This document shows positions 48,218 through 60,507 of a stretch of DNA of 64,000 nt, in pieces (the first letter of the stretch is position 1; every line of letters starts with the position of its first letter). The DNA is taken from contig NC_092673.1 in NCBI RefSeq assembly GCF_964355755.1, positions 8,308,001 through 8,372,000 on the forward strand, written 5' to 3'. The DNA comes from Antedon mediterranea. Lineage: Eukaryota; Animalia; Echinodermata. Under the pieces are notes generated by a model. It worked only from the letters and a program-made list of their open reading frames with translations, was not told the origin of the DNA and ran no database searches. A program made the translations under genes and the position numbers.

Positions 48218-49480
48218 TTAATAAGTTAATATTAAAATACAAATTATTATTAATACCAAAGCCTGTATTTCTGTCAAAATGTTTTTTTTGTATACCCATA
48301 TAAAGCATTTTACCATGTGTAATTTAAAACAACATTAGGATAAAGTATTGTAAAAAAGACATCTGACAATTCAAACACATAATTTACATAATCAATCAAA
48401 TCTAAACTTCAGTTCCATTTAACTACTATACAGTACTGTATATATAGAATATTTCAGAATTGACAGAAAAACAGGTTTTAATGTCTTGTGTGATTGCATG
48501 CACTGTATTAATAACCCTTGTAAATGTTATGTGATATATGATTTATTATTATTAATTTCTTTTTTTGTTTTTACTTTGCTAATTTTCATGTTTTGCAGTT
48601 CATGTAGTCAGCTACTATAACAATGTATTAATCATAGTGACACAGACATTATTTATGATTTAAAAATACAGCAGTATTTAAAATCATTATAAATTGTTTA
48701 TTTAAAAAATGTTTTGAATACATTGCTATTTTCCCAGCATTAATTTTTAATAAAGTTAATCACTTACAAAGGAAAAAAGAACTTAAAAAAAGGTTTTTCA
48801 CTTATAAAAGGGGAAATAAACAGTTAAATTCAACTAAAAACCCATTCTTTTCAAGTTTTTTTTCAGGTAAATACTATTTTTAATCCAATTTTTTGTCCGA
48901 GTGAATAACTATATGTGACATTAAAATTCAGGGGGACAATATATCTTTAAGTATTGAAGCAGTATAACTTTAAAATCCTTAAAAACTCTTTCTGAATGTA
49001 CAAAATGCTGGTACAATTGACAATCAAAGTAAATCAAAATGATTTTTTTATGAAAATTTACGTATTTACATAGTTTCTTTTTTTTGTACAACAAAACAAA
49101 TTTAAAATACAGTATTTGCTTTACACTTTAAATTCATGTCGCCATTGGCCATGCAAACTCCTGTAAATTACCCCTAAATATAATAATCTTGATGATCTAT
49201 TTATTCATATCCTAAATTTAATTGTTTTTGCATTGCAACAGCAGTAGAAACCATGGGGATACTTTTGGAAACCCAACAAAATGTTGAATAATGGTTAGCC
49301 GTATGTGTTTAAAACATATCTCCCCTTATTGTTTCACAAGAAAGTGTCCCCCCTACAATATAGTAGTGACCCAAAGGAGGTGTTACTGTATACTGTATTG
49401 TGAATTGTTGTGTGGGCATGTGTGTTAACATTTATATACTTTATAATCTTATACTATGCTTGATTATATGTTTTTTAATA

Positions 49481-50661
49481 CAGTCGACTCCGCCTAAGTC
49501 GAATTCGCGTAAGTCGAAAAATCGCGAAAGTCGAATTTTTTGGAAAGTCCCAATTCTTTCCTATATATTACTGTGTAATTTTTATTTGTAAGTCGAATTT
49601 TTCTAAGTCGAAATTCGTCTAAGTCGACGTCTTTTTGCGGTCCGAATACACACATTCTTTAGTGATTTATATCGTATAAGTCGAAGTCACAAATTACGCG
49701 GCAACAACGCGCTAAAAAAGCCGATGAAACGTACGTAATTCTTCGATAAACAAACAACAGAGGGGATAATGTGGGACCATATCGGTTCTCTCAAGCAGGT
49801 TGTATAGTATAGGCGGCGTCCTACAACTCGCGCTAGTGTATAGTGTATGACTTGTTTCAGAGTTGAGAACTTGCATAGTGGCCAAATCTGGCATAATTAT
49901 GCCGTCTGGCATAATTTTGACCCATCTGGCATCTGGCATTTATGCTAGGCATAATTTTAGGAAATCTGGCATAATTTGAAAAACGCAAACTTACAACATA
50001 TTCACCACGATTTAGCATATTATCTGGCATAATTGCGAAAAAATCTGGCATAATTTGTACACAATCTAGCATAATTTGGCTGAAAACCCGAAGAGCTTTT
50101 TTTTTTTTTTTTTTTTTTTGGCTTTCCACTTTTGTGGTACATAAAACATACACATAAACCGCCATCTTATTCACTGTTTTGGTGCACTTTTAGCCTTAAT
50201 TGTGTCTGGCATAATTTTGTGCTGCCACCTAGCATAATTTCATTTCGCTCGCTGGCCACACTGAGAACTTGAGCGGCGTTTTGTGGGTACCTATTTTGTG
50301 CTAGACAGATGGCAATAAACAATGGATACCGATTTCGAATAAAAACCGAAATGTATTTATTATACGTTTTTGTATTGTTTCGGGCTTAAACCATAAAAGA
50401 AAATACAGTTTATCATTGCCGATAAAGAGGCTTAGCATTTATTAGGCCTAGCTAGCTAGCTAGCTAAGCAAACTCAATTCAAGAAGGCTCATCGCGTGGG
50501 CCGCGATTGCGACAGGGCAGGGTCCACTAGGCCTAGCCATAGCGCGGCTAGTGAGTGAACCTAGGCCTAGCATTTTTTTTTGGCAAATCTGTAAGTCGAA
50601 GTTCGCGTAACTCGAATTTTTATACCGGTCCCATTAGATTCGACTTAGGCGGAGTCGACTG
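49481..50661. mobile_element. pogo/Tigger-type MITE
   Basis: Perfect 23-bp TIR CAGTCGACTCCGCCTAAGTCGAA with TA on both sides. Confidence 0.92.
49874..50263. mobile_element. hAT-type MITE nested in the pogo MITE
   Basis: 8-bp TSD AGAACTTG (49866-49873, 50264-50271); CA..GTGGCC / GGCCACACTG ends; internal GGCATAAT repeats. Confidence 0.85.
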
Positions 50662-50799
50662 TACAATTATAATACAATTTTATTAACTAATTTTGTGTGT
50701 GTCTTCTGCATGTTTTTACAGCTTCAAAATTGTCGTATAACCCTTAAACTTTCATTAGTTTCAATTTATACTAACTTGATATTTTTTTTTTTTTTTCAG

Positions 50800-50928
50800 G
50801 ATAGATTACAGAAACTAAATCAACGTATAAGTAAGAATACAGGAAAGCGTAGCTCAGTATTGAGTGTTTTAACAGTCAATCAGATGCCAGAAATAAGTAT
50901 TGTTGATCAATCTATGTCAGTGCAATAG
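50800..50928 (+). CDS. SNAPIN: SNAPIN alternative terminal exon 4b (155-aa isoform)
   Basis: Long poly-T tract, CAG acceptor, phase 0: DRLQKLNQRISKNTGKRSSVL...VQ stop; paralogous to exon 4a. Confidence 0.7.
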   Translation, partial: DRLQKLNQRISKNTGKRSSVLSVLTVNQMPEISIVDQSMSVQ

Positions 50929-53123
50929 CTCATTATAGCTCATTATTACATCAGACTAAAACTTGATGAGAGAATAAGGAATGTAGTAGTAATATAGTAG
51001 ACTACAATGTGGTTTAGCTGGTTTATACTTGGTTTAAATACAATACACCTAGATTGATAATTAAAAGAAATGATAATATTTATTAACAAGTTCAATTAAA
51101 TGAATTTATAATTTAGGCCTAATAATTTAATTATGCGTTTAAAAATAAAAATGCCAAAACATTTAGACAAAATTTAACAATTGAAGTTATCTGAAGTTTA
51201 TGTAAACCAATGACAGCCATCATTAATGTTTACTATCATTAAACTTGTCCTAAAGCCTGTTTTCCTGTCAACGTTATCATCGTTAATCATTAAAAGTTCA
51301 ACAAGTTGAAATGATCGTTATCATTTCAATAATTTGAAATGATAACGATAGCGCAAACATTTGATTTCTAGCGTTGAACGTTTAGTGTTGAAATTCCTGT
51401 CTTCTTTCTGGACGTCTAGGCTCGGCAAATCTATCTAAAAAACAGCCCAAAGTGAAACAAATTGCAAACAGAGATTTTGTTTTTAAATGGTCGCATATGA
51501 TGAGATCAAAATTTGAGCATCACACCTTTGTCACTCATGGAAAGTAAATTACAGTGCAACCCTGCCAAAAATTCACACTGAATACCCAGAACTCGTTTGC
51601 ACATGCTCGATAGATCGTCGTAAGCCACTGCGTTAAACATATAATTATGATAATTATAATTATTATTTATTTGGTTGTCAGGATAGGTTATCACAAAACA
51701 TATACATACCAAACCCTTCCTATTGGAATTGTTTAACCTGATCTATTATTTTATTGAATTATAAATGTAAATAAAAGAATAATATGTGAGTATATCTACC
51801 TGAGTATCTTTTATTTTTCCGTCGGACTACATTGTGAAGTAATTCGAAGAAACACTTATAAAAACCGAAAATTAAAAAAGATAATTATGAATGTCGAGCA
51901 ATAAGAAATATCGAGTTTTTTATTTAATTTTTGTTACATTTTTGTTAATTGTCATCCAAATTAAAGATTAATAATGTGATATTGTCTTTCCCGAAAAATA
52001 GCAAATATTTCTAGATACGGTAAAAGATATATGGATAGGTCAATAACCTCACTTCCAGTCATTTTAGGATAAAATATTTCATTACACCAAATAAAAATAA
52101 GCATATTTTGAACAATTTGGCCTAATCTCAATTCTCTTTGACAAGCCACTACAGAGATATAAGACCAGGTCAAAGGTCAAACTGTCATTTTTTGGGCAAA
52201 ACTTTCTGTTAAAGCAAATAGGAATGTATATATTATGAACTGTTTGACACCAAGATCAATACTCTTGACAAGCGGTTACAAAGTTATTTAATTAAAATAG
52301 CACCCATTTTGGAAATCACAAGGAGGATTTTACAAGACAGGATGTTCCAATCTTAGGTCAGAACCTTTCTTGAAAATTAGCTTGTTACGAGTATATAATT
52401 CAGATGAGTTGGTGAAGCGACTGATTGAGCCCTATATCCACACTGTGGTCAATGATACAAGAGACACAGTCAGATATCTGAGTTATCTAGAAAGTTATAG
52501 GACTTTGTTTTCTAGATCGAAAAATGTAGTTAGGGTGTTCCTGGTCAGTTGCGATGTTTGTTTCTATTCATTTCTTTAAACAACATCATACCTGTACAAC
52601 ACGATCAAAATTGAATGCAGTCCAATATTTACGTATGAGGGAACATTATTTCTTTATTTATTTACACATAAATAAAAATATAAACATTGTAACATACAAA
52701 TAATAATAATCATATCATTATTATTATTATTCGTAACAAGGATCATACTTGCGCTATTGTAACAGACTATAGCTTCAATAATGTACGTATGATTGAAGCA
52801 CACTCTAAATAAGTTAAACCTTTCTTCAATACTACACATTAACATTACTATTACATAATGTAGAGAAAAGTAAAAAATGAGAAAAACACAAATATGCAAA
52901 TGAGAAAAACAAAAATATGCACATGCAACTTAATTACAAATTACTGATTAGAATTACATACCAACAAATATACAATTATATATATGGAAAATTAAAAATA
53001 CAACAAATGTGAATTATGTGAAATATCAGAGGATGAAAAACATGTTTTTCAAATATAAACGTGATGTTTTACTATGAAAAAAGGTTTGAGATATTGAAAC
53101 AAAATTAGTACCTGTTCTTTTAA

Positions 53124-53448
53124 AGATGTATTGTCCCCCAAAAACATGAAAAATGAAGATTAATTAAATTAGACTTTCAATGTGTTATTTTGTAGTTTTA
53201 ATAAAGTTAATCACTTCCAACAAAAATGTTTTCACTTATAAAATGACAAAATAAATGGTTAAATTCAATCAAAAATCCATTGGCTGGCAGCAAATTTGAC
53301 CATTTTTTGCTTTAAATTACATTTGTTCAGGTAAATACATTTTTTTCAATCCAATTTTTGATCAAAGTGGATAACTATTATGTTACATAAAATGGAATAT
53401 TCAACACAATTTTTTGAAGAATTATTTTATCAGAGTGACAATACATCT
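53124..53448. mobile_element. Kolobok-like TTAA MITE, best-preserved copy; partial copies near 36870-37105, 40595-40806, 48745-48946, 58712-58860
   Basis: TTAA|AGATGTATTGTC ... GACAATACATCT|TTAA; shared internal blocks among copies. Confidence 0.85.
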
Positions 53449-53929
53449 TTAAAGAAATAGTTTTTGATTGTGAATGCAGCATAGGCCTAAAGAACAAACT
53501 ATATTCAATTGCTCTTTACTCTTATTACAAAATAAAAATATTGTCAGCACTAAATAATCAATCTGTAAAAACTTATAAGAGTATCCTTATAGAGCATATG
53601 AATGTATTTTATTATATTATTTATTGATTTTATTTTTTTAATTGCGAAGATGACTTTAAATAAACTACGCAATTCTGTGAATAAACGTAATTAATGCAAA
53701 CACAAACAAAGAGAGATACTAAAGACAATACAACTAATGTGTAAAAGGCTATACTCAAGTGTAGCTGAGTTTTTTGTTTGTAATTTTTTATATATTTTAT
53801 TGACGAATTGTATAATTTATATACTGATCTACATTTGTAAGACAGTGGGAAACTTAACATATAAAAAAAAAAATATATAAAAAGAAATATATGTATATAG
53901 GCCTATATTATTAAGTTTCAGAATAATCA

Positions 53930-54610
53930 CCCGGGCGGTTCAGAAGTAATGTTTGGCGCCTGTGGTGTTGTAAATGCAAAAAACACAACCCACCTTTCAG
54001 CAAAAACGTCAGCATAAACATTGGACAGAAATTCCTATCCCTGTGGACAAACACTTTCCAAAATATAACAAACTAAATTAAATCTTCAACCGAAACACCA
54101 TTAAGATTAGCTACAGCTGTATGAACAATATGAAACAGATAATAGACAGTCACAACTACACCAGTACGAATCAACATCCGTAGAAAACAACACAAAAGCA
54201 AATGCCGACGCTCAACGGAAATTGCCTACAATCATCTAATACTGTATTTACCAAGCCACAGTTAAACGCGAAGACAAATCCGTTTCGAAAACTTATTTCG
54301 GACTCACTAAACATGACTTTTAAAAACGGTACAGAAATCACATCTTATGATCCGCCATACACGTTCTAGAAAATCAACTGAACTCGGAAAACATATTTGG
54401 ACACTGAAGGACATCAACAAAGATTATTCAATCTCATGGCGCATCTTGTGATCTACTAAAGCATATTATAGTGTATATTATATCAAGAAATGCAACCTTT
54501 GCCTCAAAGAGAAATTAGTTTACACCCACCACCCTGAATTGTCGACATTAAACAAATGTAACGAACTTGTTTGCTCTTGCCGACACAGAAAGAAGGCATT
54601 TACATAACAA
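53930..54610 (+). mobile_element. Penelope-like element of a second lineage, GIY-YIG C-terminal remnant
   Basis: [19 protein letters not shown]; GNCL; IYQATV; TYFGLT; STELGKHIW.LK; CNLCLKEK; LNK.NELV..CRH. Confidence 0.8.
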
Positions 54611-54777
54611 TATGCCATATCACCTGTATGCTAATTAGACATGTGAATGCGAATGAGGGCGTATCAATTTGATCTCTGGTGCGTGTGCGTACAATTGAGG
54701 GACTAGTGCTGTTCCGCCGTACCACGCCGAGAATGTTAAAGAGTCGCTATCCAATCGGGCTTGAACAATACCATGAA

Positions 54778-54975
54778 AGCCTCAGTGGTCTAATGGTTAG
54801 AACATCTGCATATCAAGTAGAGGGTCCGGGTTCGAATCTCGGTTGGGGGAATTTTTCTCGTTCTCACACATTTCCTTATCTTATCGTTTCAAATTAATTA
54901 ATTTTAAATGTCAGTATATCACCAGGCGGTTTAATTAATGTTCTATGCCTAATGTGTTTAGAAAAAATTATATAT
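54778..54975 (+). mobile_element. tRNA-derived SINE
   Basis: A-box TGGTCTAATGG, B-box GGTTCGAATC, imperfect acceptor stem, AT-rich body ending in (TA)n. Confidence 0.65.
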
Positions 54976-54989
54976 ATATTTATTATGCT

Positions 54990-55100
54990 GGGCTACTGTT
55001 GCCGGAAAGCTCTGCTAACGTTTCTGGTTGTTTACTTTATCGTTTTGATTTAGCATTTCGCTTTTTTTGCTGTCACTGATACCCACAGTATTGTATTTTT
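54990..55100 (+). mobile_element. Truncated copy of the Penelope pseudo-LTR seen at 19440-19563
   Basis: GAAAGCTCTGCTAAC.TTTCTGG.TGTTTACTTTATCGTTTTGATTTAGC...CACTGATACCCACAG matches the reverse complement of 19440-19563. Confidence 0.85.
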
Positions 55101-55501
55101 TTATGTATTTTGCCTTTGGATGTATATATATATATTTATTTATTGTTATATATATAACAGAGCATAATACAAATGGGACGAACCCACATTAGATAGATAG
55201 ACATTTAGATATTCTTATATAAAATGTTCAATTTGCATTTCATCGTATTTTATAGGAACATGGTGCTGTATATACTCCAGTATTGTCCAGGCCTGCCTTT
55301 CAAGTGACATGTTACAAACCACCTTTGAACAAACGTGATATACCTTTTTGATTTCTTTGAAAAAAGCTAACATATTGTTTTAATCTAGTTATCTAGGCAA
55401 TTTAATTGGCAATTTAGCTCCGATCATGTCCCTTGTAAAAGTTCCAAAATAAACAAACGTTGTCGGTGTGTGCCAGCATGATTTTGATTATCCACGCTTA
55501 A

Positions 55502-55560
55502 TTCCCGGAAGTAAGCACGCCTCTTATTGGTCCTTCAACTTTCCGGTTTCATATTGATAA
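55502..55560 (+). promoter_or_regulatory. Candidate C3 proximal promoter: STAT/GAS site overlapping an ETS site, CCAAT and GATA motifs
   Basis: TTCCCGGAA (55502-55510) running into CCGGAAGT; ATTGG (55526-55530); TGATAA (55555-55560); 100-160 bp upstream of the ATG. Confidence 0.45.
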
Positions 55561-55660
55561 TATTTTAAGGTCATGTATCATACAGTACTCATTTTTGGCA
55601 AGTGTTTTTCATTTCAGCTTGTAAAGAAAAATTGAAATACAACATAATTTAGGAAGAAAA

Positions 55661-55719
55661 ATGTTCGGAACTGGATTAATTATTTTCGTGACACTTTTGC
55701 AGAATTGTCTTGGAAATCC
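55661..55719 (+). CDS. C3: Complement C3-like exon 1 (signal peptide)
   Basis: MFGTGLIIFVTLLQNCLGNP then GTAAGT; phase 2 joins exon 2. Confidence 0.82.
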
Positions 55720-56483
55720 GTAAGTATTGATTCAGTATACTACAAAGTTTCTTCAGATATGTTTTATTCCTAAACACAGTTGCATTTCCTTTCTTATCAA
55801 AGAACCAGAACCAAATGCCAGTGGTTGTTTTTGATCATGGTTTTCGGAACACACCCTGACTTAATCTATCGGGCAGGTTTTAAATAATAAGACCCTTTAC
55901 TGGACTAAATTTAAATAGCGTTAGGTGTATTAAATGCCAAGACTTATAAGAGATAGTGCCGTACACCATCCGACAAATAACATTAGTCCCATGCACAATC
56001 AAACTGTCCGTGTCATTTATTTTAACTTAACTAATGTTTGCTTGATCACCGAATTAATGACGGCCGGTCCTGTTTTATTGCATCAATTCGAGAGTTATTC
56101 TATTTAAAGTAAAAAATGTAAAACTTATTTTGATGGCGTAAAATAAATTGTGATATTTTTATTTTCTCCTGGCTTTACTGTCATTTGTTACGTTTGAATG
56201 GGTCATTTCAGGTCATGAACAGTCACTACGGGTTTTTGTTGAATTACAGTTTCACGTCAAAAATAACTTTGAATACAAATCATAATGTCCTAGTAGGGCT
56301 CATCGGATAAACGGAATAAATAATAAATAATATTGTTAACACATGATTATAGTAAAAACTATATATTTTAAACAAATGTAATAAACATAATAATAATAAA
56401 GTAGCATATTATTTCTCAATGACCGATTGTATTATACATTTATAATGAACATCTTTATACTTTTTTCATGTTGTATGTTTTAG

Positions 56484-56650
56484 ACCATCGTACCTAATTA
56501 CAAGTCCCGATGTACTGCGGGTTGGAAGCCAGGCAACGGCGCTGATAAATATCTTTAACACGGATGAAACTATTCCTGTCCAGTTATATTTAGAGAATTA
56601 CCCGAATCGCGAAAATCGGTTTGCTGAAGTTTCCGTTGATGTTACCGCAG
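56484..56650 (+). CDS. C3: Complement C3-like exon 2 (MG1)
   Basis: PSYLITSPDVLRVG...VQLYLENYPNR. Confidence 0.9.
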
Positions 56651-58478
56651 GTAAGACATCTTTCCGTAGCAGCTTTATATGTTGTTCTTATTCGTAACTT
56701 GTACAGTATCCGGTAGCACTGCCAACTAGTTTAATAGTGTCCTTCGTTTTTCGTAAACAAAATTCGTACGTTAATTTCAAACACAAAATATAATTTCATT
56801 TTTATTTCATTTATCTTATAAATTGGGTGACCGAAATTTATTTGGTTTATACTGAAGGTATGGAATCAAAAGGATTTTCAGTTGGATAAGACTACATCTA
56901 GAAAGATATTTAATATTAAATTTATATCAGATATGTATATTAAGCCTAACATTTAAGGAAATTCAGGAAAAGAATTTAGTTGGAATAAAGTTTGGCTACT
57001 TACGTTAGTTTAAAAAATCGTGCATTATTTAATTTCTTGTAGGAAATATCTGTATAAATGGAAACATATATTTTTACGTTGCAAAGATGTTCAAAACGTT
57101 TGCAGTAAAACATATTTTAAAATATATAAGTATAAAAATAATAATCGTTAAGGTAACTTGTATTGTACGAACCTTATAATTATATTCATTTTTTTATTAT
57201 TATCATCAAGTAAAACTAGATATTCATGAAAAGGCTGAAGTTAACATTCAGATCATTCGGATTTTTTTATATGTTTTGCGGCTTTTCGGAATTATTGTAG
57301 GGCCTAGGTCTTATGGTAAACTCATTATTGAGGGTCGTTTTGTATTGCATTATTTTCCTGTTTGGCTAATGTTTCCACAAGGAAGTGTTTACATTACCAC
57401 CAATTACAACAGTTATGATGTAGATTGGTGGTTAACGTGTCACTATGGCCTTCCAATCCGAAGGTCCAGGGTTCAATCCTGAACAAATGCCAACTCCACT
57501 CCTAAGCCTTAAATGAGAATTAGTTTGTAAGCATCATAACTTTTAAAACAGTTTATCCATCCTGTAACTGGCGAGTTACTCACTGTTAGATGCGTACGAA
57601 ATTAGAAATTACATGTAAATACAATTCAATGAATTAGCCTGTATTGGAAAATGTTGTTCAGTGACATGGCTGTAGTAAATCAAATTGTAAAAAGTGTATA
57701 TTTACTATCAATTACGTAAAACGTCCAGAGTTTACCGGAAAAATAGAAAGTTATAGACAGGAAAAAGGTTTGGTCAGTGGGTATAAAGAGAAGCTCAATT
57801 ATTCATGTTTTCAATATCACTGACTTCTAAATTTAAATGTATTAATTTACCACACTTTGCCTTTATTTTGACTGCATTTCATTCATTTGCGAATCAATAA
57901 AAAATAATATAGTAATGTTAATAGATGATAGACAATAATATATTTTGTAAATAGATGAATAAACAGAAAATAATGTTATGAGATAATGCAAGCGAAAATG
58001 TTTTAGTCTCATCGATTATAAGCAACGTCTTAGTTAAGTCGAAGGTGCTCTCCGGGTGGAATTCCATCCTGAGATGAGTAGTAGTGATTAGTCTTGTTTA
58101 TTTTATTTCATTTATATGTAATTTTTACTTTCTATGGACCAGAGATTCCGAAATAAAAGATTTAATGAATGAATGAATAATGCATGTAATGGTAACCATT
58201 ATGTGTATCATTAATAGTAGGCCTAGTCATTATGTTCGTAATGATGACTTACACAAATATTATACTGTGTGACAGAAAATATGTACTGTATGTATACATT
58301 CTTTAAAAGACAACTTGATCTTACGTAAGTTAAAACCAGAGCAGATGAGAGTGACCACTCTTCCCTGATCAGACATTACAAATTTACAATGTTGTGTATG
58401 AAAACAATAATCCGTAAAAGTTAAAGAATAATAGGCCTAATATGGATTACCTGTAATGTTTTCCTTTCTATATTTCAG

Positions 58479-58679
58479 TTTCACCAAAGATTGTGACATT
58501 CCAAATAAATCTGGATGACATTGTACCAACCGAAGCTGAACTACAATACGTTTACTTAGTGGCCAAGTCCGAGTCCCCCGCATTGACTTTCACAAAAGAG
58601 AGTCGAATTTTGGTTACTTATAGACATGGATATGTTTTCATTCAAACGGATAAACCAATATATACACCTGAACAGCATG
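58479..58679 (+). CDS. C3: Complement C3-like exon 3
   Basis: QYVYLVA...ILVTYRHGYVFIQTDKPIYTP. Confidence 0.95.
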
Positions 58680-59004
58680 GTAATGTAGATATAAATAAGA
58701 TGTTTTAAATATATATTGTCCCCCCAAAAACATGAAAAATGAAGATTATTTAAATCAGACTTTGAATAGGTTATTTTGTAGTTTTAATAAAGTTAATCAC
58801 TTTCGTAGAAAAAAAAACCGAAAACAAAATAATGTTTTCCCTTAAAAAATGACAAAATATAATATGGTTTTAGTATTTGTTTACTTCCCAATAATCCATA
58901 GGAAGCATATAAAAAATATATTTTATTGCTATTAATATTACGTGTGTGTATAATCTAATAAAAATGTGTTTTGTGCTTTGTTTTTCATAAATTTACCGCA
59001 ATAG

Positions 59005-59057
59005 TTCGTATACGAGTAATCCCATTAACTATGGATATGTTGCCGTCCACTGATCAG
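59005..59057 (+). CDS. C3: Complement C3-like exon 4
   Basis: VRIRVIPLTMDMLPSTDQ; AG/GT, phases consistent. Confidence 0.88.
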
Positions 59058-59877
59058 GTAAGCCTAGTTTGGTAATCATTTAGGCTTAAGCCTAGTTTGC
59101 TGATCATGTAAGCCTATTTTGGTAATCATGTAAGTCTAGTTTGATGATCATTTATACTTAAGACTAGTTTTCTGATGATGTAAGCCTAGTTTGGAGATCA
59201 TATAAGCCTAGTTTGATGATCATTTACGCTTAAGCCTAGTTTGCTGATCATTTACGACTATTTTGGTGATCGTGTAAGTCTAGTTTGGTGATCGTGTAAG
59301 TCTAATTTATTGATAAGTAAAGCCTAGTTTTGTGATCAGGTAGGCCTAGTTTTGGTGATCAAGTAAGCCAATTTGGCGATCATGTAAACCTAGTTTGATA
59401 ACCATGTAAGCTTGGTGATCAGGTAAGCATATTTTGGTGATCATGTAAGCCTAGTTTGGTGATCTTGTAAGTCTAGTTTATTGATCAGTAAAGCCTAGTT
59501 TTGTGATCAGGTAGGCCTAGTTTTGGTGATCAAATGGTCTAGTTTGATGATCATGTAAACTTAGTTTGATAACCATGTAAGCTTGGTGATCAGGTAAGTA
59601 TATTTTTGTGGTCAGAAGCCTTGTTTGGAAATCATGTAAGATTAGTTTGGTGATTCGTGTAAGCCGCGCCTAGCTTTGTTATGTGAAGCCTAGTTTGGTG
59701 ATCATGTAAGTCTAGTTTGGTGGTCAGGTTAGCCTAGTTTGGTGATCATGTAAGACTTGTTTGGTGCTCCGTGTAAGCCGCGCCTAGTTTTGTTATCAGA
59801 AGCCTAGTTTGGTGATCAGGTAATCTAGTTTGGTGATCAGGTAAGCATTTTGTTTGGTGATCAGGTAAATCTAGTTA
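59051..59877. repeat. ~22-bp minisatellite (TGATCAGGTAAGCCTAGTTTGG) starting at the exon 4 donor
   Basis: More than 30 degenerate units; the first unit spans the exon-intron junction. Confidence 0.92.
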
Positions 59878-60155
59878 CAAAAACTCTTATAATAACAATC
59901 AAATCATTAGAAGTTTAAAATTTGAATTGAGATGTGATAAAGAAAAACAATATTGTTGGCTGCGTAAATAAGAAATTGCTCCGTCGAAAATCTACGTACA
60001 GTTATGTAAGAACGCAAGTCACATTTTGTAGCGTTTCTTGTCCATCCAATAGATACTGTACGTTCGGCTATTTAAGGGTTCTGCAATATGACAATAACAT
60101 CGTGTCGTATTCCCATTATTATCCCTTTTACTTTAATTTAATACTTATTTTATAG

Positions 60156-60311
60156 TTTCGTTTTGAAATCATAAACGGTAATGGGAATATTTTGGAAAAG
60201 GAAGATGCTGTAACTGCTGAGGAGGAAACCGGTTTCTATACTCACGCGTATCAGTTTCCGAAATTCCCTGTATTTGGAAATTGGACAGTGAAGGTTTCCT
60301 ATGGCTACATG
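60156..60311 (+). CDS. C3: Complement C3-like exon 5
   Basis: FRFEIINGNG...YQFPKFPVFGNWTVKVSY. Confidence 0.9.
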
Positions 60312-60464
60312 GTAAGTAATAAATAATTTAACATTTTGTGGCTGGTTGTCCAAAGCTACTTCATGACAGTAATAAATAATGATGAAATAAAAAATGGACT
60401 GCCAATCATAGAGATATTCATTATTTTATTTATATTATTATTATTATTAATTTGTTTGTTTTAG

Positions 60465-60507
60465 TATCAATTAGAGTCATCAGTAACATTTGAAGTCAAG
60501 GAATATG
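60465..60507 (+). CDS. C3: Complement C3-like exon 6
   Basis: YQLESSVTFEVKEY. Confidence 0.9.

Noticed and set aside
49712-50174. ORFs with IMPD repeats
   Set aside because: Translation of the GGCATAAT repeats of the nested hAT MITE.
54778-54850. Functional tRNA gene (also ~57420-57482)
   Set aside because: Poor acceptor stem and irregular anticodon loop; better explained as SINE heads.
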